A model generated the notes under the pieces. It did no database searches. It was not told where the DNA came from and saw only the letters and a list, made by a program, of their open reading frames with translations. This document shows, piece by piece, positions 1 through 11,789 of a stretch of DNA of 64,000 bases (within the stretch, counting starts at the first letter, position 1; each line of letters starts with the position of its first letter). The stretch lies in contig JAYWIR010000012.1 of assembly GCA_036172245.1 (NCBI GenBank), positions 62,001 to 126,000 of the forward strand, written 5' to 3'. Origin of the DNA: Raillietiella orientalis. Its lineage: Eukaryota. A program made the position numbers and the translations under genes.

Positions 1-3000
1 CCACCGAAGGGGGAAGACAGTCGCGTGCAAGCACGCCGAAGGGACCACAAGTTCATCGGTGGGCACCCCGAGGAGCTCACTCTACCGGAGAAGCCCCTTT
101 GCACGAAGGCGAGGTGTGGCAGCGTCTGCCACTTCGCAAGTCCGCCAGCCGCCCAGCAGTCGGGTTTCGCCTGCGATTTCGCAAGTGATCTCCCACCTCG
201 CCGGCAGGTCACTGTCATCTCGCACCATCAGGGCAGACAGTGCTTCGGCGAGGGGCGTAGCGGCTAGGCGTGTCCACTGGTCCTGGTCTTCAAGCACCTC
301 CCTCACTGGACAGTATGGGAAAAGGTTCGCGCAACGGAGTTCCAAACGGGACACATCCTGTTGCGCTGCCCAGGACGATAAGGCTTCCTGCCTCCAGGCG
401 TTGAAGTTCGTCAGTAGGCAAAGGATCCACCCATGCTTTCCCAGAAGCGAGGCGAGCTGCTTCAGAGGGAAGCCCAGTCCTCTCTGGGCACACTCCGTGC
501 GCAGGTGCAACGAACGCATTCCGTCTCCGCCCGTGCAGCGCCGCAGCAGCAGCTTCGCTGGAGCACACCAGGGAGTAGTCCAAAGCTGGGCGCAAAGTGC
601 CAGCATGCGGAACTGCACTAGCAATCCGATCCGCTCCAGCGTCAGGATCCCCAAACCTGCATCCCGCCGAGGAGCCGCCAAGTCCTTAAGGCGTATCCTG
701 GACCTCGCCGGTCCCCACAAGGCGTTTCGCAACAGGCGTTGCGCCCGACGCTTAGCCGAGTAGGGAGGGGGACAAACGAAAAAGAGGGGAAGGAGGAGAG
801 GGGCAACGAAAGTGTTCCAAACGAAGGCCCGTTCCGACAGGAGGAAACTACCACATTGGAACGGGCCCAGAGCAGTCTCGGCCTTGTGAAGGCAGTCCGA
901 CCACGCTTCTGCTGGACAGAAGGCGCCCAAGGGAACGCCGAGGTACTTCAAGCACCTGCCCGTGGGGGTCCCCAGGCGGATCCAGTTGGACTGCCCCTCC
1001 CACGTAAAGCCAACCGGTACAACGGTTGATTTCCTCCTGTTGATGATCAGGCCCGCCCCCCGACGAATGAGCTCGAAGAAGTCCTCGAGCCTGGACGCCG
1101 GGGTGGGCATGGGCAGCAGCAGGAGAAAGTCGTCAGCATAGGTGGCCACGGCCGTAGTTCCCGGACAGGAGCTCGGCAGGCTGGCCAGCGTCAGCCTGTA
1201 TGCCCTCAGCACCAACTCAAAGAAGATGCTGAAGAGCATGGGGCTTAAGCTGTCTCCCTGCCTGATACCCCGCCATATGGGAACGCCGTACACGTGGCGC
1301 CCGCTGAAAGAGATAGAGAATAGCGCGTGGTGCCAGCAGGAGCGCAAGTAGGCGATGAGGTGTGTCGGGAGGCCCAAGCGTCCCAGAAGCTCCAGAAAGA
1401 GGTCCTAGTTTACGCTGTCGAACGCTTTGCAGAGATCGACGGCGACCGCTAAGGCGCCCGGCGTTTCATCGTGCCTTGAGCACCGCCGCTTACCTTTGGC
1501 AGCGGCGCTTTCGGCTGCCTGGCTCTGCTGCGACACGCCCTGCTGCAGCTCGAACCATGTTCGCACGAAGAAGAGATTCGCGTCCATGGACCGCCCCGGA
1601 ACAGCATACGTCTGCTCCGGACTTACCAAGGACTCTGTGATTCTCCCCAGCCGCACGACCCAAAGTTTTGAGAACAACTTGACGTCCGAATTCACTAAGG
1701 TGATCGGACGGCAGTTGTTGAGGTGGCGCAAATCCCCGCCTTTCGGCAGGAGCCGCACCTTTGCTGAGCGGAAAGAAACAGGGACATCTCCCGTCTCCCG
1801 CATCATTGCGGAAAGGCTGAGCACCAGGTGGACGAGCTTCGCCGTGAAGCACTGAAAGAACTCCGCGAGCAGGCCATCCTCCCCAGGCGCCTTACGCCTC
1901 TTCAGTCCCGCTATGGCGGAAGATACTTCTTCTGCCGTGAAGGGCCAGTCCAATCTGGCGAGTTTCTCTTCGTCGATAGCAGGGTTACCCGTCGGAAGGA
2001 GCAGCTCGGAGAGACTGCGTTCCGTGGGCTCCTCCGCGTACAACGAGGAGTAGTAGCGTTTAACTACGCGGTGCACGTCGGCTGCAGTCGGGCATTCCTG
2101 GCCAGCGTCATCGAGCAGACAAGCCGCTCCAGACTGCCAAACCTGGCGCTCGGCCCTAACCTTGTACTCCGCCAAACGCCAGACGTCCGCGCATCGGGAG
2201 AACGTACGCGCCTGCAGAAAGGATCTGCTTTTCGCGACACCCTCACCAAAGCTGCGGGGAAGCAGGTGGAAGGGGAACCGGCAGCAGAACTCGCGGATCG
2301 ATCTTTTCAGATCGTCCCAGTCCTCGAGTTCATGGAGAAGCCCCGGAGGTGCTGGCGAAGATGCTCCGCCGCCTCCGAATTGCTAAGCCAGTCGGCCGGC
2401 AACCTCCAGACATTCATTGGAGGCGTTTTGCCAGGCGGGAGGAGCTCGAACTTCAGTCTCGGATGATCCGAAATCTCGGACAGCAGGCGCCCTCTCCGAC
2501 CTACTCGTGAGAGCAGGTGTTCATCGAGGAACGCATGGTCCGGCGATCTCTCCATCCCGGGCTCACCAGCAAGCTAGTTTTGCACGCGCACGGACGCGCA
2601 TACCTCGCTCACCAGTTGCTTCTCCCTCAAGCGGCATCTCTCCTCTGTTAGCAGGTGGACGTTGAAGTCTCCTGCAAGGAGGTGCGCCACGTTAGGGCCG
2701 GAGTCAGCGAGCCAGCGGCTGCGCAGGCCACCCAGGAATGCGATTCGTTGGGCGTAATGCCGGCCGCCACTCGGCGAGTAGATGTTCGTAACGACAAGGT
2801 CGATCGATTCGGACCACTTGAGGACAAGTTGGCCAACACGACCTTCCTCGTCGAAACAAACGTTCCGCACCACCTCCGCCACCCTGCCCCGGACGAGGAA
2901 CGCGACTCCGCACGTGTGTGCGGAGCCTTGCCGCCAGTGTAGCGTCCCGCCCGCGCGCTCTTCCAGATCCGATGCCTGCCGTTCGGAGATGCTATGTATC

Positions 3001-3143
3001 TCCTGCAGCAGAACCAGATCGAACGTTCGCAAAGCGTTGGCTAACGTCCGCCTTTTGTCAGCGTCGCGTAGCCCGTTGACGTTCCAACAGGCCACGTTGA
3101 CGCGATGAGCGGACGCAAGTCCACGCATCACTGCTGCGGACAT
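1..3143 (-). pseudogene. LINE ORF2 (APE-RT), broken by frameshifts and a TAG
   Basis: Pieces 2574..3143 (APE), 2307..2555, 2064..2249, 1405..2175 and 82..1377; in-frame TAG at 1407-1405 after AFDSVN. Confidence 0.92.
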
Positions 3144-3347
3144 GACGGCGTGCTCCTCGCCCCGTCCGGCGAGAAGTCATCTGGTAGGAGAGCGGATTGG
3201 GGAGCGTAATCTCTCCCGTTCGCCGCCACATCGCACCCAGCTGAGTCCTGGGAGCCGAGGATCATCGCCTCGGGCTACGTGCAGGGGCCGGAACCGCCTC
3301 CGGCAACAGGCTCGTGCTTATACACTTTAGCCCGGTGCGCTTGCGGG

Positions 3348-5090
3348 TTACCCCGGGGTGCGCGCACTCTTTGCTTGCAATCGGACTCCACCTCGGAGTC
3401 CGAATGCCGAGGACGAGACTGGCGTTTTGCCTGTCTCTTCTTTTTGCGGCAGGTGGAAGCTTGCCCTGCCCGCGCGGGGGCCGCCGCAGTCGCCAACGCC
3501 GACGCCGCTTCCGGAGCTTTGGCTTCCGCAGCCACCCTCTCGCACGAAGCGACAGACAGAGCACGCAGCCGTAGTGCGTACCTGGGTACGCACCTTCTTC
3601 GGCGTGCTTCGCTTCTGTCTCCCACCTACCTTAAGGATGGGGAATATTGAAGGGTCAACCTTCTTCTTCCCCTTTGTGGGCGTCCTGGCGATGCGAGTCC
3701 AGCCCGCGTCGGGGACGCCCTCCTGGGAGGCCGACGCCTCCCTCAATTGTTTGTCCGGAGATGCCGGCTCGGGTTGCGTGCTCGCGACGGGAGACGGCTC
3801 CGTCCCCGTTACGCGCTGCACCTGCTCCTTGGCCAGTACGGGCGAAACGACGGTCATTGCCACCGTCGGGCTATGCGCTATTGCAGCCTTCGCTGCCCGT
3901 GCCTTCGCCGCCCGTGCCTTCGCCGTGGAAGGCGTGCTCTCCGCGGCCTTTGAGGGGGACGGCCGTTCAGAGGCAGTCCCGGGCGTGCCCTCGCACGGTT
4001 CCGTGGGTGTTCCGCTGGACCCGGAAACGGACGCGGGCGGTCCAGCAGCCTTCGTTAAGTGCGTGTCCTCACTCTTGGGCTGCTTCGAAGGGGGCGATTT
4101 GCCCCCAGGGCGACGTGGCTTCTTTCCCGTCTGCGCGGCTGTCTGGGATGGTGGCTTCCCTGGAGCAACCGCGCCCTTTTTCGCGGGACCGCCACTCGAT
4201 GAAGCCCCGCCCTTCGCGCCCGATTTCTCCCGTGGCACAACGGGGGATCTTTTCGGTGCGGACGGGGTCGATTGTTGGCGGCTTTTCGCCTGCCTCTTTC
4301 TCTTCAGCTCGGCGCACTCTTTAATGGAGTGGCCGAGCTGTTTACAATAGCGGCAGTTGCGAGGAGGGCACGTCCACGGACGGTGGCCCTCTGCGCCGCA
4401 AATGCCGTAAGCCGGTCGCTGACCGGCAAATTTAAGGTGGACGATCGCATCGCCCACCTGCAAGTGCGGAGGCATTTGCCTCCTATCCGCCATGGTGGCA
4501 CGCGCCATGGCAAGTCCGCTGTGGAGAGATGCAATCCTTTTGATTGGATTGTCTGCTCTCCACAGCGCGTGCACCGTGGCGAATGCACTAAGTGCATCGA
4601 CGAGCACGCGATCGGGCGTGTCCACCTGGACGGCGGACATTCGAACCACGAACGACTGGTCCATGGCCGACGGGACGACCTCCTTCCCGCGTATGTTAAG
4701 CGGGGTGCGGAGAAGGCGCTGGACTAGGGATGCCTCTTTGCAGTGCTCCTCGCAGTGTCTGAGCGCGTTAACCGGCATGACGGCCAGGAGGTCGTTCTGC
4801 CGGACCCCGACGCGCAAAAGCTCATCCCAAAGAACTTCTCCGACCCCGTCGGAGATTGCAGCACTCACCGGATAGCAGAGTGCAGGCTTGTAGCCGTGGG
4901 CTGCATAAGCCTGCAGCTCCGCGTCTTCGGGCGGTGCTCCGTTTGCAGCCGCCGCCTTGACGACGGCGGCGAAGCTTCTCGCCGGTGTCGAGACACAAGA
5001 ATCAGAGGCGGACCGAGCATCCGGAGTGGAGTCTCTATTGCCGGCAGCAGCCTGCACATCCATCTTCTCCTGCGCGAGCTCCGTGAACAT
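3348..5090 (-). CDS. LINE ORF1 (gag-like nucleic-acid-binding protein with CCHC knuckles and a low-complexity K/P/S tail)
   Basis: ORF 3348..5159, first ATG at 5090; SFAAVVK N-terminal motif; xGICGAEGHRPWTC and CRYCKQLGHSIKEC knuckles. The C-terminus may be frameshifted. Confidence 0.85.
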   Translation of the reverse strand: MFTELAQEKMDVQAAAGNRDSTPDARSASDSCVSTPARSFAAVVKAAAANGAPPEDAELQAYAAHGYKPALCYPVSAAISDGVGEVLWDELLRVGVRQNDLLAVMPVNALRHCEEHCKEASLVQRLLRTPLNIRGKEVVPSAMDQSFVVRMSAVQVDTPDRVLVDALSAFATVHALWRADNPIKRIASLHSGLAMARATMADRRQMPPHLQVGDAIVHLKFAGQRPAYGICGAEGHRPWTCPPRNCRYCKQLGHSIKECAELKRKRQAKSRQQSTPSAPKRSPVVPREKSGAKGGASSSGGPAKKGAVAPGKPPSQTAAQTGKKPRRPGGKSPPSKQPKSEDTHLTKAAGPPASVSGSSGTPTEPCEGTPGTASERPSPSKAAESTPSTAKARAAKARAAKAAIAHSPTVAMTVVSPVLAKEQVQRVTGTEPSPVASTQPEPASPDKQLREASASQEGVPDAGWTRIARTPTKGKKKVDPSIFPILKVGGRQKRSTPKKVRTQVRTTAACSVCRFVREGGCGSQSSGSGVGVGDCGGPRAGRASFHLPQKEETGKTPVSSSAFGLRGGVRLQAKSARTPG

Positions 5091-5169
5091 CCTAGTGGAC
5101 GCACTCGGGCACACCACGCACAAAGAAGACGGAAAGGAATCGCGCTCGAGGAGCAACACAGAACACGTC

Positions 5170-6100
5170 CGTCCAGCGTCGTCGTGAAGAGTCGTCGTGT
5201 CGGCGCCATCTCCTGCAGCCGCGGCGGAACTGTCTGCTTATGTGGAAGAAGGGTATAACCCTTCGCTGTTATACAAGGTAGGCAATCTCTATTGTTCTGA
5301 GAGCGCGCGTCAGTTCTCCAAAGGTATGCGCGCTCTCAATGTACAGGAGGAGGACCTCTGCGCTATGACCATCCGTAGCGGGGGGCAGTACGTTGAGGTC
5401 GTCTGTAAACAAACCAAGCTGGCCCAAGGACTGCTCAAAACCCCCGTGGTGATGGGGACGCGCAGGCTGCTCCTCATTACGGCGGACCGCAGTATGGTGT
5501 TTCACCTGTTAGGAGTAACCGTGCGGATGCGGAAAGAGCAGGTACGCGCCGCGTTGGGAGAACAGGGAACGCTCCATGCAGTGTGGATCAAGCCTAGTCC
5601 TTTCGAGGACTAATGCGGCCTAAAGGCTGCACGTGTAACCGTCCGCAAGGGCTCTACCCTTCCCCACAAACTGGTGGTCGGCGGCGAAAGCGTCGACCTC
5701 TGGTACGTGGGAAAGCAGAAATAATGTGGCTTCTGCAACACGTCGGGCCACCTCAAAAGGAGGTGCCCCAACGTACAGTGCAAAGTATGCGGGACAATGG
5801 GCCACACGAGGGAGGTATGCCCACAATCCGCTGTGAGCGTGGTTTCCGCGAGGAACCAAAAAAAACGCGCCCGGCTACTACAAAAAAGGCTGGCGGCGAA
5901 AGCTGCCACGAAAGCTGTGCCAACCGCGCAGATGGTCCAGGCCGCACCCGAGACCACGGCAAAGAACGTCGAAAAGATCGAGGGAATCGGCAAGCAGCCT
6001 GAATGGCATGCAGCAACATCGAAAAAAATAAAGACGACAATAGAACACCGACTTGAAAAGAAACTGGCCTACCAAAATCAAAAACAAGAGGGTAGCGAGA
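5170..6100 (+). pseudogene. Second, divergent LINE ORF1 relic, head-to-head with the first element
   Basis: AELSAYVEEGYNPSL aligns with AELQAYAAHGYKPAL; CGFCNTSGHLKRRC and CKVCGTMGHTREVC knuckles; internal TAA stops near 5611 and 5722. Confidence 0.85.
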
Positions 6101-6117
6101 ATATAAAAGAATGCAGA

Positions 6118-6812
6118 GTTGTGGTTTATTACCCGGTTGCGCCGAAACGTTTATCAATAATGTCACCCGGGAAGTGTTTCCCAGGCAAGGGAAACAGAAG
6201 ATGGGGAGTATGGTTCCCGGCACGCAGGCCGGTCACACTGAGAGTTCGGAAAGGGAGGGAGGGGACAATAAATAAATAAATAAGATGGGTGGGTGGAGAT
6301 AGGGTATGCAGTCGAGGCGTTCCAATTCTCAGAGCCCGCGGTGAATGCCGCCAATTTCCGTCCTCACTTCTGCTCCAAGGTGTGGCCACCCGACAGACAG
6401 TTGCAGGTTGCAGGCTGCAGTGTCGAGGATCGATGTTGGCACCGCTCGCATCTGCAATACGTGGCGGGCCCTGATAGTGGCGCGGATGCAACATAGGATT
6501 GCGACGACCGCTCCAAGAGAAAGACCGCCACGCGTGAAGAAGCGGCGCATCCAGTAATTTGCGGTGTGTCCGGGGTGCAGGAGCGCTGAAGACAGCCGCC
6601 GCCACAGCTCCTGGAGGGCATCGCATTCAAACAGCAAATGCTGAAGCGATTCCACCGCTCCGCATTTGGCACAGTTCGGGGACGCAACTCCCCCGGAAAT
6701 CAGGTGCGCCCGCTGGTTGCAGTACAAACCCCAATGCACCAGCAGAAAAGCGTCCTGCTTCCACCGAAGGGGGAAGACAGTCGCGTGCAAGCACGCCGAA
6801 GGGACCACAAGT
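6118..6812 (-). mobile_element. 5'-truncated Tx1-like 3' fragment of the same family as the 1-5170 element
   Basis: FPLRWKQ..HWG..CAKCGAVESLQHLLFEC followed by a 3' UTR; 6761-6812 is identical to window 1-52. Confidence 0.9.
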
Positions 6813-7552
6813 GCTCTCTGGCACTCGAAACGTTCGCCACAGTGCATGCAATGTGGAGGCGCGCGAATCCAGTAAATAAGATTGCGCGCCTCTCTTGCGG
6901 ACTCGCCACGGCGCGCGTAACCTGGTTGGGGTTTTCACTCCAACCAGCGGACGAACCGTGTTTCCTGGGGAGTTGTCTCCCAAACTGTAAACGGTGCGGG
7001 GAAGTGGAAACGCTCCCGTACCTGCTCCTGGACTGCGGTTCCCTCCTAGGACTGTGGCGGAGGCTGGCCTCGGGTCTCCTGCACCAGAAAGACACTGCGA
7101 GAGACTTGATGCGCCGCTTCTTCACGCCAGTCGGTTTGTCTTTAGGTGCTGTCGTTGCAACCGTGTGTTGCACCCGCGCCATCGACAAGGCCCACCGAGA
7201 GTTGGAGAAGCTGGCCATCCCTCGTCAGCCCACCGGATTAGCCAGCGCGAGCATGTCGATGGCTGCCGTGTGGGCCCATCTGCCAGAGAGCGTGAGGAGA
7301 GAGATCGCCGGCATCCATCGCCGGTTCTGAAAGGAAGGAACGGCCATACCAAAGACCCCTGTCCACTGCCCTCCATATTTTTATTTTTTATAGCAGTGTA
7401 TTTGTGGTCCCCTCCCTCTCGTTCCGGACTTTCCGTATACCGACCTGCGTGTCGGGGATCCCATCCCCTTCGTCTCTTATGTATCTTTGTCCGGGAATTC
7501 TGTTCCCGGATAGTTTCTCAATAAACGCCCCGGCGCTCCCGGGTGATAAACA
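6813..7552 (+). mobile_element. ORF1 sliver (6813-6910) fused to a Tx1-like ORF2 C-terminus and 3' UTR
   Basis: FATVHAMWRRANPVNKIA matches ORF1 FATVHALWRADNPIKRIA; then CKRCGEVETLPYLLLDC...EIAGIHRRF*; terminal AATAAACGCCCCGGCGCTCCCGGGTGA. Confidence 0.85.
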
Positions 7553-8815
7553 ACCGACCCCCCTCGATCGTCTCGATCTCCTGGACGTCCGCCGCGGAGA
7601 TCACTTGGATCTCCTGCAGCAGGGCCAGGTCGAGCTCACGCAGGGTGTCGGCTGTATCTCGCCTGTTGCAGTCGCCGCGCAGCCCGTTGTCATTCCAACA
7701 GGCCACGCGAATCTGTAGGCGACAGGCGAGCCCAGGGGTTATTCCTGGGAACGTGGCAGTGCGGCTCGCGTCACCTTATCGGGCGGGACGGATGGAGAAG
7801 AAGGTACATCGCGCACCGGTTCTTTCTCCTCCATGGAGGCCGATTCCGATACACGCCTCATCGGGAGGGATAGGCAGGTATCTCCCACCTGCAATTCCTC
7901 CTCCATGAGGTCCGATTCGTCGGCTGCGCCGGTCGGTGGAAGGGGGAGGTTGTCACCTACGTACTTCCCTTCCTCCATCGGGGTTGACAGCTGATCGGTA
8001 GCGGGGAGTGGGATCTTCCCTTCCTCCGTTCCCACGCTGTCGGCTCCCCCCCCGGCTGCCTGTGCGTCCCGCCCGATAAGGAAGGTCGTGTGGACCAACT
8101 TGTTCTCAAGTGGACCGAATCGATCGACCTTGTCTTCACGAATGTGTACGCGCCGTGCGTCTCCGCGCTGGTCAACGAAAACGTGATCACTGCTGTGGTA
8201 GTCTCCCTCCTTTCGGTCGGAAGTCGAACGTCCTTTTTCTCGGCCTTTGCGGGTTGCTCCGTAACGGTGGCGAGCTTGTCGGCGGCTTTCCTTAAGTCCG
8301 CGTCACTGCGGTTTCCTCTTTCGCCGCAGCTTTCGACCGCTGTTTGCACAGCGACGGGGCTGTCAGCGTTGTTGCACACGGCAACGGCCTGTTCGCACGG
8401 CACATCGGCGTCTGTAAAACTCACCAGTGCGATCGTGCATTTATTCGGACTCTGCCTCTTCGCGGGTTTCGCGGTGTTTGCAGGGAGTTTGTCGTTGCAT
8501 TTTGCTTTTTCTTTCTTGTGGATGACCTTCTGCCTGTCAGGCTTTTCTCCTTCCACCTCGGTTCCCGGCGTTTCCGCAGACGAGGTGGTCGACGTGGCCT
8601 GTTTAACTGGCTCCGCATCAACCGTCTTTTCGGACGTCAGCCTGGGCTTACCGACGAGACGAGGAAGCCTCCTAGAAGTGATTTCCATACACCACTTCGG
8701 TGTTTTACAGGCTGGTCTTCCACACTGCAGCCAAGGGACATTCAAGACCAGCAGGGGGTATCCGCGGAGCCGCTGCAGCTCAAAGTTCGCCCAACTCTGG
8801 TACCAAGAGTGCCCA
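7553..8815 (-). mobile_element. Mosaic of Tx1-like APE N-terminus and ORF1 tail fragments, with a + strand APE sliver at ~8075-8160
   Basis: ACWNDNGLRGDCNRRDTADTLRELDLALLQE on the minus strand; GRVDQLVLKWTESIDLVFTNVYAP on the plus strand. Confidence 0.75.
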
Positions 8816-9084
8816 GTCTAATTACAGCCTTTTCTATTTCTATTTCTATGAGCCCGGTCAGGGAGAGTGATGAAAAGAATCAAGTATAGGAGATTGTCTT
8901 TTCATGAAAACGATCCCAAGGTCCAAATTTTATGCACGTTAAAGTGGACCCAAATGCCGTACGTTTTTCTGATTGTATCCATAATTATTTGAAAGAATAC
9001 ATGCACTCACCGAAGATGATGATTCTCTCTTCATTATAGACGCCGTGTAATAAGAAAAAAAAAATCACGGAATTAGTCGTGCAC

Positions 9085-9213
9085 AAAGGATCGGCGGAGA
9101 GAAATTGAGGGGGGATGTGGTTTTTCCCATAATCCTAGGCCAATAGCAACGACCTTTGCATAAGGTCGCCACTCTTCATTAGAGAAGCCATTCCGCCTTC
9201 AGAAAAAAAAAAC
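9085..9213 (+). mobile_element. 5'-truncated SINE copy with A tail and degenerate TSD
   Basis: Shares ATCCTAGGCCAATAGCAACGACCT..AGGTCG with 9853-9888; flanked by AATCACGGAATTAGTCGT (9063) and AATCATGGAATTAGGCGT (9214). Confidence 0.65.
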
Positions 9214-9730
9214 AATCATGGAATTAGGCGTACGTGTATGCATTCCTACATAGGCAGCCACATGGGCAAATACTAAAATGATGCAAAAATTCTAGTAGAT
9301 TGAATGGATGCTTACAGATAGCCAATTGTTTAGTTTGCGTTTTCCGGAGGAACATCCTCATAACAAATATCTTTAAAATATCCTCCCTTTACGAGAGCAC
9401 AACAAGCAGTTTTCCTTATCTCGTGGTGTACCACGCATCAGGTCGGATGGTTCCGCATGTGACCGAGGCAAAGCGTCACATTCCAATAGCGCGCCTCGAT
9501 TCGACATTTTTGCCTGGCATCACTGCCACATTTCCGCACGAAGCTGTTGGAGAGGGAAAAGCAAATACCTTCGGAGAACTTTCTAGAGAATCACTTTAAA
9601 AATACTTTATAAGAAGCTTTAAGGCTTGGATTGTTGTTGACTAATGAAAATGACGCAAGGAATCGCAGGCGCCATTGTTGGTACTGACCTCGTGGGCCTC
9701 TGGCCGAAAGTCCGTCCCCGAAAAACGAGC

Positions 9731-9920
9731 GGCCCGCGTTGGTGACCGTGTGGCAACGGTCTCGGCTCGCGACATCGAGTGTCGCAGGTTCAAATCCTGC
9801 CAGGGAAAAAATCGGCGGCAAGAAATGGAGGGGGGACGGGTTCCGCGCCATCATCCTAGGCCAATAGCAACGACCTTTTCATGAGGTCGATACTTGCCTT
9901 CGAAAGACAAAAACAAAAAA
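9731..9920 (+). mobile_element. tRNA-derived SINE
   Basis: tRNA-like head: D-arm ACCG-TGTGGCAA-CGGT and T-arm GCAGG-TTCAAAT-CCTGC (B box). The body ends in hairpin CGACCT..AGGTCG and an A-rich tail. Confidence 0.7.
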
Positions 9921-11059
9921 AGCTGGCTGACGCAGCACCGTACCGTTGCTGCGTTTGCATCTTCGCTCTTTGAAGCTTTGCTCACGAGCACTATGATAGC
10001 CAAGGATGTTTGCAGAGGCGTGATCATTGCTGGTTGCAAACTCTTTGAAGCCCTAGCCAAGTGTCTCCTTCCAGGTTCCGGAAACCCGCTCAGCTACCTA
10101 CTGACCGGGAATCCTCAGTCAGCTAAAGGAAAGATACGTTTTTTTTGGATGGAACAGCCCAGCTTCTTCACCCTGTTGGAATGTTTTCAAGCGGGTGAGC
10201 CGGGGCTTTTATCTTTTAAAAAACATTTTAACAATTGGTAATTGCAGTCGATTGTTTTTGAATTGTATTGTGCTAAGAACAAATAAGAACAATGTGCCGG
10301 AACACATTGTTTTTATTTGTTATGCACTTGTTCATCGACTTGAGTGCCGGTAAGGCCTACTCCACTGCACGGGCTCTCCACTGTAAGGCCTGCACGCCCC
10401 GCTGGAATGAGGAATGGAATCATCACGGTTTCATGGACAAACGAAAAGCACCGTTAATATGTTATTCATTATTTCAACGGAATGCGCGCGAAAAAAGGAA
10501 ACTGCGCATTTCAAAATACCGCACGGTCTCGTGTCGCATGCGACTCCATGGCAACCACGGGGAAGCGCTCTATGAAGGCGGGCTGTCGCCACTGGGAGAA
10601 GAGGGAGGGCGACAGCTAAGACCGCCAGAGGGGAAGCGTCGAAACTGCCGCGTAGGATGGCTGCTGTGACAACAGGGAGTCTCTGCCCGGCCGCTGATCC
10701 TCACAGCGCCCGCGACTGCCCCGTGCCAGCCCCTCATGCCTTCAGTCGAAGAACCTTCGGAGGCTGGTCGCGGTCGAATGATCTATACCGATCTGAGCTG
10801 GACGCGCTCTCCCTGCGTGCATGATTGGTGATTTGGAAAGCGGGTTGTTTACCCCATCAGACCTCCCGGTTGGGGGTCCGCAGAGGACCAGAGCGAAATG
10901 CTGGCGACCACGAGGTGCAACTGACTGTGGCTTCGAGACTGGCCTCCCGAAACGCACCCTCGGCACCAGGAGGTCACTCAGGTCACACCTTCCAAGGAGA
11001 TGGGCAGCAGGACTGCGCCGTCTCCGATTCGCGCGCGCTTCCTGCGGATCGTCCTGCGC

Positions 11060-11760
11060 CATTCGCGTGGTCATATATTCCCGGACGCTACTGCCCCTCT
11101 CGGATGTCCAATGGAATCGGTGCTCCAAGAAGCACGTGGACTTCTTTGGCATTCGCTCTGAACCAGAAAGCAAGGCAAACACTCTTTTGACGACTGCGTG
11201 ATCGTGTTGCCTTGCGGGGACGTCCACTGAGGAAAATGGCAGCCGACAGCTTAGTGACCTTATAGCTTTGTGACCACGAGCTATCATTGTAGGGTTCACT
11301 GTATTAACGATGACGCTGGGGATACCTTTTCTTTTTAGTTTCTTATGTTCGAGGCCTAAAACACGAATACCAAAGCACGACATAAAAATAGAAGAGTGGA
11401 AAGAACAAGAAGCATTAGTGGTAATAGATCCGTGGATTGTTTATTAGAATCGGACACAGACGGAGATCGGCCAATAGATCTCACACGATGACGTGCAAAT
11501 CTTACTGATAACGACGATAATTTGAGTGGGGGACCGTCAAGAGTAATGAAAATTTGAAATAACAAGAAATATCTTGGCAACCAGTATCCCATCCGAAAAA
11601 GAGCCTTCATTTTTCTCGAAAAGGAAACTGTCCCGTAGATCCAGAATCACCCCACTCCGCTATGGCCTATTTCCGAAAACTATCTGATGACGAAATCAGA
11701 AGCAATGCGGTTGACTGCACTCATACTTATGCACTGCAATGTTGGTGATCCATCGAAATC
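11060..11760 (+). mobile_element. piggyBac-like element 5' part (transposase N-terminal relic)
   Basis: Inverted homolog of ~53440-54130; encodes SAMAYFRKLSDDEIRSNAVDCTHTYALQ, resembling the piggyBac N-terminal F..FF.DE....IV..TN.YA.Q block. Confidence 0.65.
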
Positions 11761-11789
11761 ACTCTACTGATAGTGGTGGCGATTGTGTC

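Larger units (their letters stand above)
1..5170 (-). mobile_element. L1/Tx1-type non-LTR retrotransposon, near full length (3' end lies outside the window), decayed
   Basis: ORF1 with zinc knuckles is followed by APE endonuclease (VACWNVNGL, LLQE, AGDFN) and RT (GEDG, RPITLVNSDVKL, DLCKAFD, GIRQGDSLSP, YADD, KYLG). Confidence 0.95.

Noticed and set aside
59..4875. Long plus-strand ORFs (59..763, 1828..2466, 3358..4350)
   Set aside because: These are antisense shadows of GC-rich LINE ORFs with no independent motifs.
9731..9806. Functional tRNA gene (also 39047-39122 and 15978-16048)
   Set aside because: Acceptor or anticodon arms are imperfect and each continues into a repeat body, so they were treated as SINE-type heads.
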